Shown here: piece after piece, positions 38,546 through 53,107 of the stretch
How positions within the stretch are numbered: position 1 is the stretch's first letter
Layout of the letters: the number at the start of each line of letters is the position of its first letter
NCBI GenBank assembly: GCA_964035545.1
Contig: OZ037766.1
Coordinates: 5,508,722 to 5,572,721 of the forward strand
DNA: 64,000 bases
DNA from: Bugula neritina
Lineage: Eukaryota > Animalia > Bryozoa
Direction of reading: 5' to 3'
Made by a program: the position numbers and the translations under genes
The notes under the pieces: model-generated
The model's input: only the letters and a program-made list of their open reading frames with translations
The model's database searches: none
Told to the model about the DNA's origin: nothing

Positions 38546-41500
38546 ATGGGTACTACTTTAGGTAAAGGTATGAGAAAGCCAGTTCAAGCTGTTGGAGCTG
38601 CATTTGCAGTTATAGGACTGACTTTATTACTGCTTGCCATAACAACTAGCCACTGGGTGACCATAGACATAAACCGTGATGCCGCGCCAGCTCTTAGTGG
38701 TGGTGGCCTCAGCAGCTACTCCAGAGACCGGGGAATATACAAGGAGTGCTGGAAGGACAGCGAAGTGGAAAACTGTAAGTACTATGGCTTTCATAACCAG
38801 CATTAAATTAATCCAATATAATCTTACAAAACTAATTGCCATCCTTTAATGAACTATTAATTTTACTGGTGTCAGTAAATATTTAACTGTGAGTTGCTGC
38901 TAAAATTTCAACTTATTTTATTCTAAAGCTGCAATAAAGTTAAAAGTTAAAAAGCTTCTTTTTTCTCAAGAAAGTCTTCTACTTTTAGTGAAAGCTATAT
39001 GGAGATAGAATAGTTACGTTGAAATTTTTAGCACTAAAAGACTTTGTGCCTCCGTTGTGTCCAGTGAAATGGGTTTATGGGTTTAATTGGTTCTTTTAAA
39101 TAGATATGGGGCCACCATAATCCATATTAATTAATATTATTATGAGATAGAAGTGAAACTTTGGAACATGTAGTCTTATTACAAACTACAGTAACTACAG
39201 TAACTACATTAACTACAGTAGCTACAGTAACTACAGTGACTACAGCTAGTAACTAGTTACATTAACTGCATTAACTACATTAACTACATTAACTACAGTA
39301 GCTACAGTAGCTACAGTGACTACAGTAACTACAGTAACTGCAATGCAAGACATGATCCACTAACCTTGTACTGTCATATTTTATTTTATGAGCAGATTTT
39401 GCCAAATGATTATTTTCGAATTAATGCATTGAGCTCTTGCAACAAAAATTAATTTTTTTATGATCCACAACTTTTGTAATTCCTTGCAAAAACCTGGCAC
39501 TGCATAAGAATTTGCAACAGTTTGAGGTTATGACATCTAGTTTCTGTCTTAGCCTTGCTACTACAGCTCCACATCTTATGTAACCTGTTCAGTGAACCTG
39601 CTTTCGTGTCTCAAGTAGAGTTCAGTCTAGACTCACGTTAATCCCACATCATTATTCTTTCTAATCTCACATCTTATTAATATTTATTAATAACGTACAC
39701 TGCCACTCTGACTGAGCAAAATAACATTCCGTTTATTTATATTAGTTTGTTAGTTGTTAGTCTGAGTAGTTGCTTACAGGTGGTTGCTGATAACACACAG
39801 TCTATTTATATCTCATGCATGTAACTTGAGTACAATATGCAAAGTTGGTTAGCATGCTCACTCCTTAAGCTGTATTAAACTTAGTTATATTAAGCCACAT
39901 CTGCTTTATAATAGATTCATAGATGGTTTATCAAGCATGAGATTTGAGGTGGTGACTTCACAAACTGTCGAATACTATTTATGCATCCATCTTTGGCTTC
40001 ATTTGCTCTTCGTTAAGCTGAACAAAAGCATGAATGAAATCTGTTTGCATGTTAAATGTTCTTCTTTCACTTTTGGCATTTATTTGGCTATGATATTGTA
40101 AAAACAGTGTTCACATATTTTTAAGATGAATCTATAAAGAACATGCATGCCAATTAAATGGCATTGAATAATGGATTATTAAATAATTTTGATATTGTTG
40201 CATATAAAAGCCAATTTTGTTGCTGCAATGAACGGTGATCAGAATTAACAGCCATATGGTAGTATAGTCTTCCCGTATCTACATGATAGTAATTTATGCA
40301 TCAAAATAATAACATATTAACATTAACACTTTTTCTATTAATTTTTATATAGTTTAGACAAGTTATAGTCGTCTCACTTCTTATGGCAAATATAAAACTT
40401 TAGCTGCAGTTCTCTGAGTTTCATTCTCAGCAATTCCAATTTTCACTCTTAAGAAACCGTTGTTGCAACCAATAACATCATTTAGTTGCATGCAGTTGTG
40501 AGAAATTTATCTCTTGTACAATGTGTAGGCTTTGCCCTTTCTTTTGACTATGATACTTGATCTATTATGAAACTCAAATGTCCCTATTCTGTTTAACAGT
40601 GATCACGTCTAGCATATACAGACATGGCAAATCAGCTATATGCTTGAACTTAGACCTGAAGGCTTGGGATACGAGCAGGGACACTGAACTAACATCAGAC
40701 TATAAAACCTGGCAAGGTAAGCAGGTGACCTGTCTAGCAACTTGCAGCTGGTGGTCTTCATTATTCTATAATGCTATGAGTTAGAGGCTGCAAACTAATA
40801 AAAGCACTTTACATAAATATTGGGTTATTAGTGTTGGAAGTGTATTTAATTCTGAAAATCTTGCCACTCCTCAACTTCAAAGCTAAGTTTTAGTATAAAC
40901 TTCAACTTATTTATTATTTGATTAGAAAAAGCTCTGACTTTTATATGTATAATTAAAATAAATTTTATATGGCAACTAGCAGATAATTATAGTATTATTT
41001 CAATTAGTCATGGAAAATGTACCCTAATTGTAACAGATGGTAGAAATTATCTTCCATCGGAGCAGTTAGTATAGATGCTAGTTTCTAGTAGTATACCAAA
41101 CTGAGTAATGACAAACTGTTGGAAATCTGTAAGCTGCTTACACATGCATGCTTACAATTACCATAATAGACTCTTTGTAAATAATGGTTCGACATAATTA
41201 CCACCTAGTCATAGTTTTAACTTAGAATAGAGTTTACTCCCATGTGGGCTGTATTTGTTTGCATGAAATAAATTAGTTTTTTGGCATGCGAAAGATGTGC
41301 ACAATTAAAACAATGCACCTAACTATTGTGCTCTTGTTTTGATGTGACACCAATAACATACTTTTTGGCATGAATAATAACAAATGACAATAATTTCCGT
41401 TGTTCGAACTATAGATTAAAGTTAAAATAATAATTTGACTAAACATGGAATTTGTTAATTTAATTAGTATAATTAATTGTTGTTGCCTATCTATTGTAAA

Positions 41501-44169
41501 ATCACAGCTTTATAGTATTGTATGAGGGCTCAGTGAGTAATCTAGTATAATATTATTCTGAAGTACAATAAACAAAATAGGTTTATCTTATTCCATTTAT
41601 GAGTTAATTCTTTTTTAAGTTTATCCTTGTTAATGTTATATCATCATTAATAGTTTGACTCAAGAAGGCTACCTATTTACTCAATTATCATTCAAATCTA
41701 TGATAAATGAAAATAACCTTTTGCAATCATAAATTTTTGGCTTATGAAATGCATGCAGAGAAATTTCTTTTAAAAGTTGTGTTTTTTTTCTGAATGCTGT
41801 AACCCATGCCCTTAAATGACTCGTATAATCATACCGTGTAGATCTAATTAAGACTATTAATTTATGTGATATCTCTATTAACATAATCAAGTGCCTGTAA
41901 TGAAGACTGGAAGTACTTGGTCTCCATAATTTAACAAATTTCTTGTTAATAAATGGTGGCAATGTTACCCTTGTAGGTCTGCAAGTTGGTATGTGGGCCA
42001 TGTTTGGGGTGTGTGGACTGTTCATCTTTTTAGCCCTAGTTCTTTACTGCTACACTCTCTGTCAGCATATTAATAACTATGAATGGAAGTCCGGGTGCAA
42101 AGCATCTGCTGGATTGATGCTAGGATCAAGTAAGATGACTGAGTTAATTACTAGCTTCCAGTAATACATTTAATTATTGTAGGAAAAGTTCTTTGAACTA
42201 AAGTTAAGATGAGTAGCTATGTAATTTGTAACTAGGATATGAATGTATGATGTCCAATATTGTAATCGTTTAAGTAAATTCAAACCAGTAAAATCAATAT
42301 TATACGAGTAAATTTTGTTGTAGCAGCAAAACATAGCATTGATGTTCTGTATATGCTATGTACAGTTCATGATATTATACACCCAACAATAAGTTAAACA
42401 CACAGCATACAGATTATAGATTAAAGGCAACTGTTGACCTTTATTTTTCTCAATCAGCTGTTCTGGAGCAGCTGTGGTGTAGTGGTTGGAGCGCTGACTT
42501 AGTAAACACGAGGTCAATGGTTGAGTCTTGACACAGTGGTGATGTTAGGGAGAGCATCCAGTCAAAATTGCTCCCTGCATGTGCCATAAAAAAGTCCCCA
42601 ACCCGATTTAAAAAAGCTATTTTTAGGGATTCTTACAGGAATAGCGATTATAATCTCACGTGAATGAGTTATTCTTATAAACTTAGTACACTTTTGTAGT
42701 TTTCTTCAATGTTCTTGGCATGGCGCTGTTTCATGGAGCAGAAAATTTAGAAAGGAATACGGTGACTGATAGTGGCTTGGAGTTGCAAGCCCCTTATCCC
42801 TCTTTCTTTGAAACAGATCACTCACAGGTATTATTTTACAGTGTGTGTCTGCACATAACATTGTGTGTGAGTTTGGATATTCGCTAATCTTATGACTAAT
42901 TTATCTATTAATGACCAAACCTGTAAGCTCTTTCATAAGTTATATCAATCAATCAATATGCTTTGAAATTGAGTAATGCATTTCAAATACTAACGTTTAT
43001 TGTGATCCGGTTTAAGAATGCAATTTCACAGAACAATTGGATTTTGTGCATTCTAATAGCACATTCTACTTTTATGCTTTGTTTCTAATACATATTTACA
43101 AATTCCATTTAGTTAATTCATGCAATTATGCATACTAGACAAATGTGGAAGGCTAAATGACTATATTATTTAGAGTAGAATACATTCATAACTATTACAC
43201 CATAGCAGAGATAAGGCCATGTCAAAGTATAAGAAAATTAAAAGGGTGTATTAGTTAAAACATGGCATTTGATTTGTTACAGGACTTAATAAACCGCACT
43301 CTTAGAATGTATGGATGGAGTTATGCTCTCTGCTGGTGCGCAGTAGCCTGTGAACTACTAGCTGCAGTATTGTTTATGGTTGTGAGCTGTTGCTATGTGA
43401 AATCAACCAACAAATCTAAAACTCTGGTGTACTCCAAGTCTAAACAGTCTAGTAAGTATTTTAACAAAAAATTCCCAACACTTTGTGATCATTTTTGAAA
43501 ATAAATATTATAGTGGAGCCATCATTCAACATGTACAAGTTTTACCATGGTAAATAGGAAATAAGTTGATTCTTGCTATAACAATGTTGGAGATTTTGGA
43601 AAATTAATGAGTGTTGAATTTTTAGTGCATGCTTTTCTGGTTGAACAGATATTACTTGGCTCTGAATCTAGATAATGTAGTGTAAAACAACCAATTATTT
43701 GTGGCAAAGTTGTGGAATAAATACCAACAGCTTACCTTTATCCTGTACTGTTGACTCACATTTATATAAAAATACTGTGGTGTCACAACTGGTCAATTTA
43801 AAAAACAGGAAGAGCTATTTCCTAATCCAATACTTTGCGGTACATGATAAGCTCATATATTTTTGACATTTTCAAAACTAAGTTTTTTGAACACGCGAAA
43901 GGTTTATACTTGCATTGCATTACTTTTAGTTGTATATAATGTAGAGCTTCTATTTTGTGTTGTGTACTACAGCTGTGGTTGTTGGACAAAGAAATCCAGC
44001 CTATGACGTAGTACATGAAAAGGTAGTGGTGGCTCCACCAAAAGTCTACGTTGTAGAAGATGACTATTACCAACATGGCCGAGGTACATTTGACCCTTAT
44101 AGTCATGGCCAACCCCAAAACGGATATTCAACACGATACAGCTACGACAAAGGCTGGATGGTAGAGTGA
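38546..44169 (+). CDS. claudin/PMP22-superfamily tetraspan protein 2
   Basis: Exons 38546-38774, 40599-40716, 41978-42129, 42700-42827, 43283-43451, 43972-44169; SHWV...RGIYKEC, FHGAE and YGWSYALCW; probable 5' UTR exon ending at 37836. Confidence 0.85.
39180..39340. repeat. 9-bp minisatellite (actacagta)
   Basis: Direct reading. Confidence 0.85.
42466..42665 (+). mobile_element. tRNA-headed SINE, family 2
   Basis: A-box tggtgtagtgg and degenerate B-box; the body (catccagtcaaaattgctcc ... tagggattct.aca...atagc) is shared with 57490-57700. Confidence 0.65.
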
Positions 44170-45015
44170 AGTAGCTCACAATTCATTCCATAACATGACT
44201 TCACATGTGAAGATTAGCCACGTTCATGCAACAAATCTAACAGAACTAATATTAGCTGAGCTGCTCAACATCTGTACTAGATGCAAGAGATAAGGTGGCT
44301 TGACATTATTTTCGCACAAAGTTTTAATTTTTAAAGCTAAATTTTGACGAAGCAAACTCAAGCTAACTGGAAGAATACCCACTTTGAAATTGAGCGGCAA
44401 CTGTATACATATCAATGAATATTATATAAAGTTATTACTGTATATGAGAATACTAGTGTGCTGTCTGTAGAAAAGATTATATACCTACCCCTAACATATT
44501 TTAATGAACATAAAATATTTATGCATGCCTGCATTTAAATTTCATTTATTTGCAAATTTAGTAATACTCACTTTTTATAACTGTCACAATTTAAAATGCC
44601 ACATCAAGTTTATAAAATTCTCCAACTTTTACCAATCAATAAACTATTGTCAAATAAATAACTAAGTAGCATATATCATATCAAAATATGTCAGAAAAGC
44701 AATACACTTAATAAATCACGTCATAGCTGAACGCTAAGATAGCATCTAGAAAAAAATCACATCAAAACACATAAAATCTGATGGGAAGACAATAACGTAT
44801 TGCATATTTTGATCACAAAAGAGGAATTTGTTCAGTTTAATATCAACACTAAAGAAATGTCTTTCCTCTAGAGTCATATAGACATGTGTTGGTAAAGTAT
44901 CAACTACTGAACAGTTAACTTGTGGAAGACAAACAAGCACAACACGACACACAGCTGGGCTCATGCATGGGGTGAGAACTACGCTGTCGCTACTGTTACA
45001 GAGAGATGAGTCATC

Positions 45016-48000
45016 TCATGAGATCATCAATTTGATAGCTCGGACTGCAGGAACAACCTGATCTATCCTCTGTACATCTGCAAACACACCAACTACAATA
45101 TCTCTCTCTCATGTAACAGCAGATTATATTTGGGTGGCAGTTGTCAATGAATAAACATAAAAGCAACTAATAAATAATTTACATAATGCAATCATAATAA
45201 ATCTAAAATTCATGACTGTTTATGGGGAGACTGACATCAAACCATTTTGATAGTCTTATTACCATTTCCATGCCACCCCAGACAAAATTAAAATACGGTA
45301 AACAACCATTTCAGATTTTCCCAGTTAGCTCAATCACCTTAACTCTACCTAAAGCAAGCAGTATATAAATACAAATAAACCAAATCAACAGCAATATACA
45401 TGTAAACACAGGAAATGTGTGGAGGTTGGCCGTACCTAAGATTTCCACGAGATGGTCAATAACATCTCTGAAGAGAGGTAAGAAATTCCTGTGTTCATCT
45501 AGACGCTCTATAACACTGTAACACAAACATCTTATACATACAACTCAGTACATCACACTTAGCAAACACCAGCTTGCTGACAGCTAGAAAACTTTAGGAG
45601 TTGTCTTCTTATAAAAATTCCATAAGCATATTGAGCAAGTGGTGAGACAGATATGCATAGCTATTTAATTATAAAACAATCTAAGTATATTTCTAAATAC
45701 AACTTAAAACACTAGAATCAGAAGCTGACGACACAAGACAGGTGAGTATAGGGTACTGCCTGACCTCTAGGATGAAAACCCTGACAAACACATCTGTTTA
45801 ATCCTAAACTTGTAAAATACACAATACTCAGATTTGGTGAGCATACTTAGCAGTTACATTATAAATCATACTGTACACAGAACACCAGATGTGACACACA
45901 CAGAGCACCAGATGTGACGCACACAGAGCACCAGATGTGACGCACACAGAGCACCAGATATGACGCACACAGAGGACCAGATGTGACGTACATAGAGGAC
46001 CAGATGTGACGCACACAGAGCATCAGATGTGACATACACAAAGCACCAGATGTGACACACACATTCACCAGCAAACAGAAATATACCCGTTTTCTCACCT
46101 GTCCAGCTCATCTTCTTGCAGGAGTTGCTTCAGCTGAACGTAAGTTGACGACGTGTAAGACTGGCACACTCTGCCAACAGCGTCAACGATGTCACTTCCT
46201 TTATATCCTTCACCTACAGCACAGACATGCTTGCTGTAAGACACGTATTGTACAGTGAGCTTTCTTAAGTCAAGTTTCAAAATAGGAGCCATGTTCTCGC
46301 ACAAGTCTTTAAAAAGAGTCATTGCTTCACAGTTCAAATCATAAACTGCTTGAGTTGACAAAGCAACAACTCTGTTATCAAGTCTTCAAGTGCAACAAAT
46401 CCATTAAAATTTTCAAATCATGACTCAAGCACGAGCCTCATTGCTTCATTCAAATTCATATACATACCTAAATCTAGAAGACCTGCCAGTGTTTTCTGCA
46501 CATTTCTCATCTCATTGTATCTGAGGTAGAGCTCATTCATTCTTGGATAGATGCCAGACATAGTTGGCACGTCAAACAGGTGTTGAAAGTGTCTCACAAT
46601 ACTGAGTAGAACTGTGTGTGACACATTCTCTTCTGCCTACATGCAAAACTCTAGGTCTAGTTACTGCTAAACACACTACATAGTATAGTGAGGGAGGACA
46701 ACTCTAGCTGTATAAAAACAAATTTTAAAATCTGATAAGAAAATAAACAAACTTGTTCCATGAAGCATAATGAAAAGACGTTTTGTAGAACAGCTGACAA
46801 TGCAGGATATTTATCATCTTATGCAAAAGCTGTCTACTACTATCAAAGAACACATTAAGTTCATGCTACGCTCCTGTCTCTCAAGAATTTTGGGAACCTT
46901 AATATTAATGAAATCCTACAATAACATGCAATGTTCACAACCTTAATTTTAAATTCAATTACCATTACTTTGTTTTTAGTTTAGAAGATTAGAATAAAAC
47001 GCATACCACGGGTTGGCTGTTAGTGAGAGGCATGCCAGAGGTGACGCCCTCTAGTGCTTGTATTATCTGAGATACTGAGGCTTTCTCAGAGAGGACCCCA
47101 GGCTTGTCAAACTGCTGAAGTAGTCTGGCTGTCACACAACTCAGCTCCTAAAGTACACATCAGCTTTTATTTGCAAATTAAATACAGTTTATAAAATTAT
47201 TGTAAAACAAAACTGTTAAAGTTGCAATTATTTTGTTTGACTTTCTTACTATGATTGGCTTTGAAATAAACAACTAACTTGTTTGAAATATAATTTTATG
47301 TAGATTAGCTAAGATTTGTCTTCTAAAAGAACCCTAAAACATGCATGTTTATATCATATAGATTAAGGTGGACAATCATATCACATTTCATACCTAAAGC
47401 CACCAGACCATTAGGAAACGACTTTATATCTGAGTACATATTATTCAATACTCTAAATTCACCTACCGGCAGCTGCTTTATCTGCTGACCCCATCCTTCA
47501 AGTCTGGTTACTATATTCTTCCAGTGTTTGGAGCACCATATTCTATGCTTGTTGTTTTTATGGTTGCGGACTAAAGATGGTTCTACTACATCAGCAATCT
47601 GCACAACCAAATCCTCCAGTTTGGGGAATCCGTCGACAGCTATCCGCTGCTCAGCCAATCGCTGCTCGATATCCTCAAGGTCAGACACTTCAAGTAACTC
47701 ACACACCATCTAGAGGTCAATGTAAGATTTAATATAATTATACTATGCTATATTAATCAACAGATGCATACAAAATGGTATTTCAGAATTCCAATACTAT
47801 ATGTACACAATTGTTGTGCTTTAAAACTAGTATCGGAGCAAATAAATAACTTGCATAAAAATAGTGCCTTGGCAGCAGTTATAATTAGTCTAGCCTTTTC
47901 CACTCTCTTTCCAGAGCAACACATGTTACTTGAGAAATTGTCTTCTCAATATTCAATTTGCATTGCAAGCTTTACTGAATTCGCCAGTGTTTTTGTGCCT

Positions 48001-51000
48001 TTTACGTACTCAGTCATGTTATTATCTAATAAAACTTAAGACTGGAAACTATTACTTAGTATTTAATCCTTTCTGATAAAATATTTGATTGTGGAGAATA
48101 TAGAAATAAAATTGATTTATGAATAAAAGTAAGCTACAGAGTTTCAAATCCTTTTATTTCAACTGTTTTAAACAATAAAACCAAAGTTGATCAATTCAAA
48201 TTTTTAGATCTTCCTGCAGGTAAAAATGCTACTGTCTACACTAATTTTCTACCTGCGAGGGATACTCACAGTCAGAAACTTGCGACAATGTGTCAGAGGC
48301 AGAAACTCGATGTCTTCCTTCTTAGTGCTGTATGACTTCTTACTGAATGCATCTCTACTATATACTCTGCAAGGGAGAGGTCAATGAGCAGTTATACACT
48401 ATAGATATGCACCTTACTCTCTATAGCTACCTACATTGTTCTCTATAACTACTATCTCTACATTCTACAACTACCCTCTCTACATTCTATAACTATTCTC
48501 CGTCTATAATATATAAGTACCCTCTCTACTCTACATCTACTCATTCTACACTCTACAACTTCTCTCTACCCTCTATAACTATTCTCCGTCTATAATATAT
48601 AAGTACCCTCTCTACTCTACATCTACTCATTCTACACTCTATAACTACTCTCTCTACACTCTATAACTACTCTCTCTACACTCTATAACTACTCTCTCTA
48701 TAACTACTATTTCTATGTTCTACAACTACCCTTCTACATTCTATAACTATTCTCTCTCTATAATCTATAACTACCCTCTCTATAATCTACAGCTACTCCC
48801 TCTATACTCTAAAACTACTCACCCAATGCTGTGTTCCTGAAGAAGTCTCTCCAGCTGCCGTATTTTCTGTTTACTTTTATTGTAGTCCTCAATGTGAGGC
48901 CTAGCCTGCAGCTCCAACTCCAGCAGGTCATTCTTCTCTCTCAGTCTCTTCACCTCCTTCTCCGACTGCTTCAGATCTCGGTTGAACGACTGTCAACAGA
49001 GTAGCAGAGAGTAGCCTCAGTTCTCTACATTCCGTCACTATCAAGGCAACAGGCTACCAACTAACATAAATGTTGTTAACAAGAAGATGTGACACTCTAC
49101 CTTGATGAGGTCTTTATAATTACTGGTTCTTCCGCACAACCTGCCATCACCTGACTGTGAATCAGTAGTTTCTGCCGAACTGTCACCTTCGTAGTTGTTG
49201 TTGTTGGTTCTTCTATACACAACAATATATGTGTCATGTCACATGGCATAATACATGTCACGTGATATGTCATATGTCACATAATATAATATAGTACAAA
49301 AGCTATGTCACATGGCATGCTATGTCACATAACATAATATATGTCATGTATTACGTCATATGATATAATTTACATAGCTTATGTAATATATTATGTCACA
49401 TGACATAATGTAGGAGACCTGTTAAGTCACGTGTAACCGGTATTGTATCATACACACAGAAACACACATATATATAACACATATAGTTTGCATTTTTGCA
49501 ATATAAGCCAATTGACATTGTAATAATTGCAGTCAGAAAAGCTTTAGTAAACTCACTGAGATTTCGGCTGAGATCTTTTTAATTCTGCGATTTCATTCTC
49601 ATACATGTCTATCACGTCCAGTATTCTACAATACAGCACACTATATAATAAGAATAATGTGAGTTTACAATGCAAAACTATTCAATGAAACACAGCCGTC
49701 ACCTTCATTTCTAAATTCTATAAATCCTAATAATAATTATTATTATTAACATCCTTGAGTATTAATTGCAGATCCCAAATATTTAGTGTATACAAATTTA
49801 ATGTTATTCCCTCTGCTTACTTTAGTATTGCTTTAAATTCTAAATGCCTATTAACACATAAAATTCTATGTGAAAATACTTTTGTAAAAACATGGTTTGT
49901 CTCCTACTTTTGAATCCCTGAAAATCACATAAAAACTCAAGACATTTCATCAACCAGGTGCTACAACAACACAAACTCCTACCTTTTATCAGAGTTAGAG
50001 CAAACAGTTCTACTTCCACCACGCCTCAGCTCACGAAATATCTCCTGTACCCTTTTTTCTCGCTTATCTCTTTCTTCATCTAACCGGTTTATCTTAGACC
50101 TAAGTCTATTTAACTCTTCTTCTTGTAGGTCACATCTCTTCTCCAGCTGTCTACTTCGTGCTTGAGCAGCTGCCTAACAGCGTTTAAATACCACAAACTA
50201 GAGCTTGCTGTATATATGTTACATGCTAAGGGTCGACATGACAAGACAAGACAAGTGTGCCAGATACATGCCAGTAGATAAAATAATACCAAAATATTGT
50301 TTGAAGATATAAATGCCATAAGAGGAAAAACCAAGCATAAAAATGAAAATAATTGTATTGCAAAGTTTTTTGTTATAAAAACTTTTTAATTAAAATTATA
50401 GAAAAATATAAAATATATTACAAAATGTACTCTAAAACATGTAAAAATCAATTTGTTTAAAATCTAGAAATAACCTCATGTTTGGCACAGCTTACACCTA
50501 TTTCATCATATCATCGCATGTGGTTGAAACCAAATATAACCAAGCATTCTCAAATCTATAAATTCAAAAGCAATGTTAGATGTGCAGTGAAAAACCTGAC
50601 TCATTAGAATAAGCATTTGAAATCTAAACTTCCAGATTGCGATCATTCTCACAATTCCGGGTTTACCAGTTATCCTATCAGATGCCTAGTTTTATAGATT
50701 TGTGACAATATAATGATAATAAGAGCACCACACGTGCCAAGCGTTGGAGCAGAAGTGTACACAATAATATATGGTATTATTTCCCACATGGTTCTAGCAA
50801 AGAAAATTTCTTTAGTCAGCTAGAAAAGTATAGGGTAAACCAATTTCTGATCACTAGCAAAGGATGACTGGTGCATAACATTCCTAACTCTGTACACAGC
50901 ATTCACTGTTAGGATATAAGATACACCACTAACTCTGTACACAGTATTCACTGTTAGGATATAAGCTACACCACTAACTCTGTACACAGTATTCACTGTT

Positions 51001-53107
51001 AGGATATAAGCTACACACAGTGGTTAGAGCAGACCTTAGTGTTTCTGTCTCTCTCACACTCCTCCACATTCAGCTCTCTCTGCTGCTCAAGTCTAACTTC
51101 CAGCTCACTTATCTTAGAGTTGGCATCGTTTAGCTGAGATCTTAACAATACCAGTTTCTCTTCATTCTCTATGAAATCAGTACGGGACGGCTGTCCCCGC
51201 GTCTCCAAGTCACTTCTGTAACACACGACTTAGTATTTCAGCTTCTTCAACCAGCGATGTTTAAACAACAACTTGACTAATTCATGAAATAGTTGCAATA
51301 ACAGGTAGTCAACGTTTTAGTGTTTCTAGGTTTTAGTGTCTAATCCACACAAAGATTAAAATTGTTTATTATATAACCAATAATAGCTCTGAGTTACCCA
51401 AGTTTCAAGGAATTTCTTTAAATATGAATTCAACAAATTCAATGTTTTTGTGTGTTGTTGTTTGTCTACCAAAAATATTTAGCAGGTGGTTTTGTAGTTT
51501 ATAAAGTTACAGTTTAATTGTTAAACTAGACTAGTGTCATTATTATAGCCGTATGCTAATTCTTTTCAATATTAATATTAGGTACTAAATTAAAAATATT
51601 GAAACCCAATGCACACGTGATCTAAGGAAACACATCTCTAGTATTATTATATATCATTAGACTAGAACTCGATGCAAAAGATCGACAACCAAAATAAAAA
51701 CAAGAAATGGGTGAGACAAGATAGAACAATAGTGCAAACCTTGGTGATATATTTGATAAAAAGTACACGTTATGGTAACCTGAGTTGATTATTAGTGAGG
51801 ATAAGATCTTGTATCAGTGACTGCCTCCTGTCTCCATCCTTCATGAGGACAGTATAGTTCTCTCTCAGGGACTCACTGTCAGCTCTGCTGAATCCAACTA
51901 CATCTGTGAGTATAGTGAACATGAGTAAAGTGCATATAGGTTACTATATAGTGTATATAGGTTACTATATAGTGTATATAGGTTACCATATAGTGTATAT
52001 AGGTTACCATATAGTGTATATAGGTTACCATATAGTGTATATAGGTTACCATATAGTGTATATAGGTTACCATATAGCGTATATAGGTTACCATATAGTG
52101 TATATAGGTTACCATATAGTGTATATAGGTTATCATATAGTTTATATAGGCTACCATATAGTGTATATAGGCTACCATATAGTGTATATAGGCTACCATA
52201 TAGTGTATATAGATCCAATGAGTTATAACTTATCTAAACCAATTGCAATGCCATAGTAGATCTATAGATTTGTCAAGTAATGCCAAAGGAGTTTTTTTTT
52301 CAAAAATACTAAAAGAAACCCGTATTATGAGTTTACTCGAGAAATTAAGTACAAAACTAAAAATATCGCCCTGCTAGGACCAAAAACGAAATGTAAACTC
52401 ACCTAAATCAAAATTAAAATACTTTTTATTCAATTATTACATCTTAATTTTTTAGTTTAATGACAAAACCCTTATTATTTGATACGCCAGTTTTGTTATC
52501 AAAAAGCCTAATTTTTAGTACGGCATGTATATCTATAAGTGAGCTAGCTTTTCTGCAAAACTTGAAATATGTATGTTATCTCATAAAAAATATAGTCACA
52601 AATGTGCTGGACTAAAAACAGAAACTATACTTACCATTACTCTGTAATATTTGATTGGGGTCTGCTAGTAATACGTGGCGCAAACCATGTTGTTTTAATT
52701 GTCTATTCACAGAACCCCACAATTCTAGTTCTTTCTGAAAAAGTAAAATTAAAATTATTCATAAATGTTGCTATTAAAAACATGCAGAGAATTGAACTAT
52801 TTAACACAGAAATAATTAAACTAATTAAAGAATTCAACTAATTGTAAAAGTTTCCAATGACAGACAAAATTCATGATTAAAAATATGCCACTACTGGTGT
52901 AGACTAATATGCAACTTGTCAATATGTGTAACCAATAAAGCAGACAATGAGTTTTATTAAATTGCCAAAATTTTAAAACTTCAAGTTAAATGATAATTAT
53001 CACATTTATCATAATTCAAAAAAGAAGCAAACCTTGTATGTGTCGTATAACCCTCTGGGAGAGGCAGTTCTGTCATCAGTAAAAGTACCACTGCAGCTCT
53101 CAGTCAT
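45016..53107 (-). CDS. CEP70: centrosomal protein of 70 kDa-like coiled-coil protein
   Basis: About 15 exons. N-terminal LWGSVNRQLKQHGL, coiled coils, C-terminal IVRHFQHLFDVPTMSGIYPRMNELY and terminal IDQVVPAVRAIKLMIS* match recalled CEP70 motifs. Confidence 0.85.
45872..46060. repeat. 23-bp minisatellite (cagagcaccagatgtgacgcaca) x~8
   Basis: Direct reading; ~40 nt from a CEP70 donor. Confidence 0.9.
48410..48820. repeat. degenerate minisatellite (ctctataactactctct) filling a CEP70 intron
   Basis: Direct reading; abuts the donor at ~48822. Confidence 0.8.
50884..51016. repeat. 45-bp tandem repeat x3
   Basis: ctaactctgtacacagtattcactgttaggatataagctacacca. Confidence 0.9.
51932..52212. repeat. 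21-bp minisatellite (ataggttaccatatagtgtat) x~13
   Basis: Direct reading; explains three overlapping repetitive ORFs. Confidence 0.92.
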
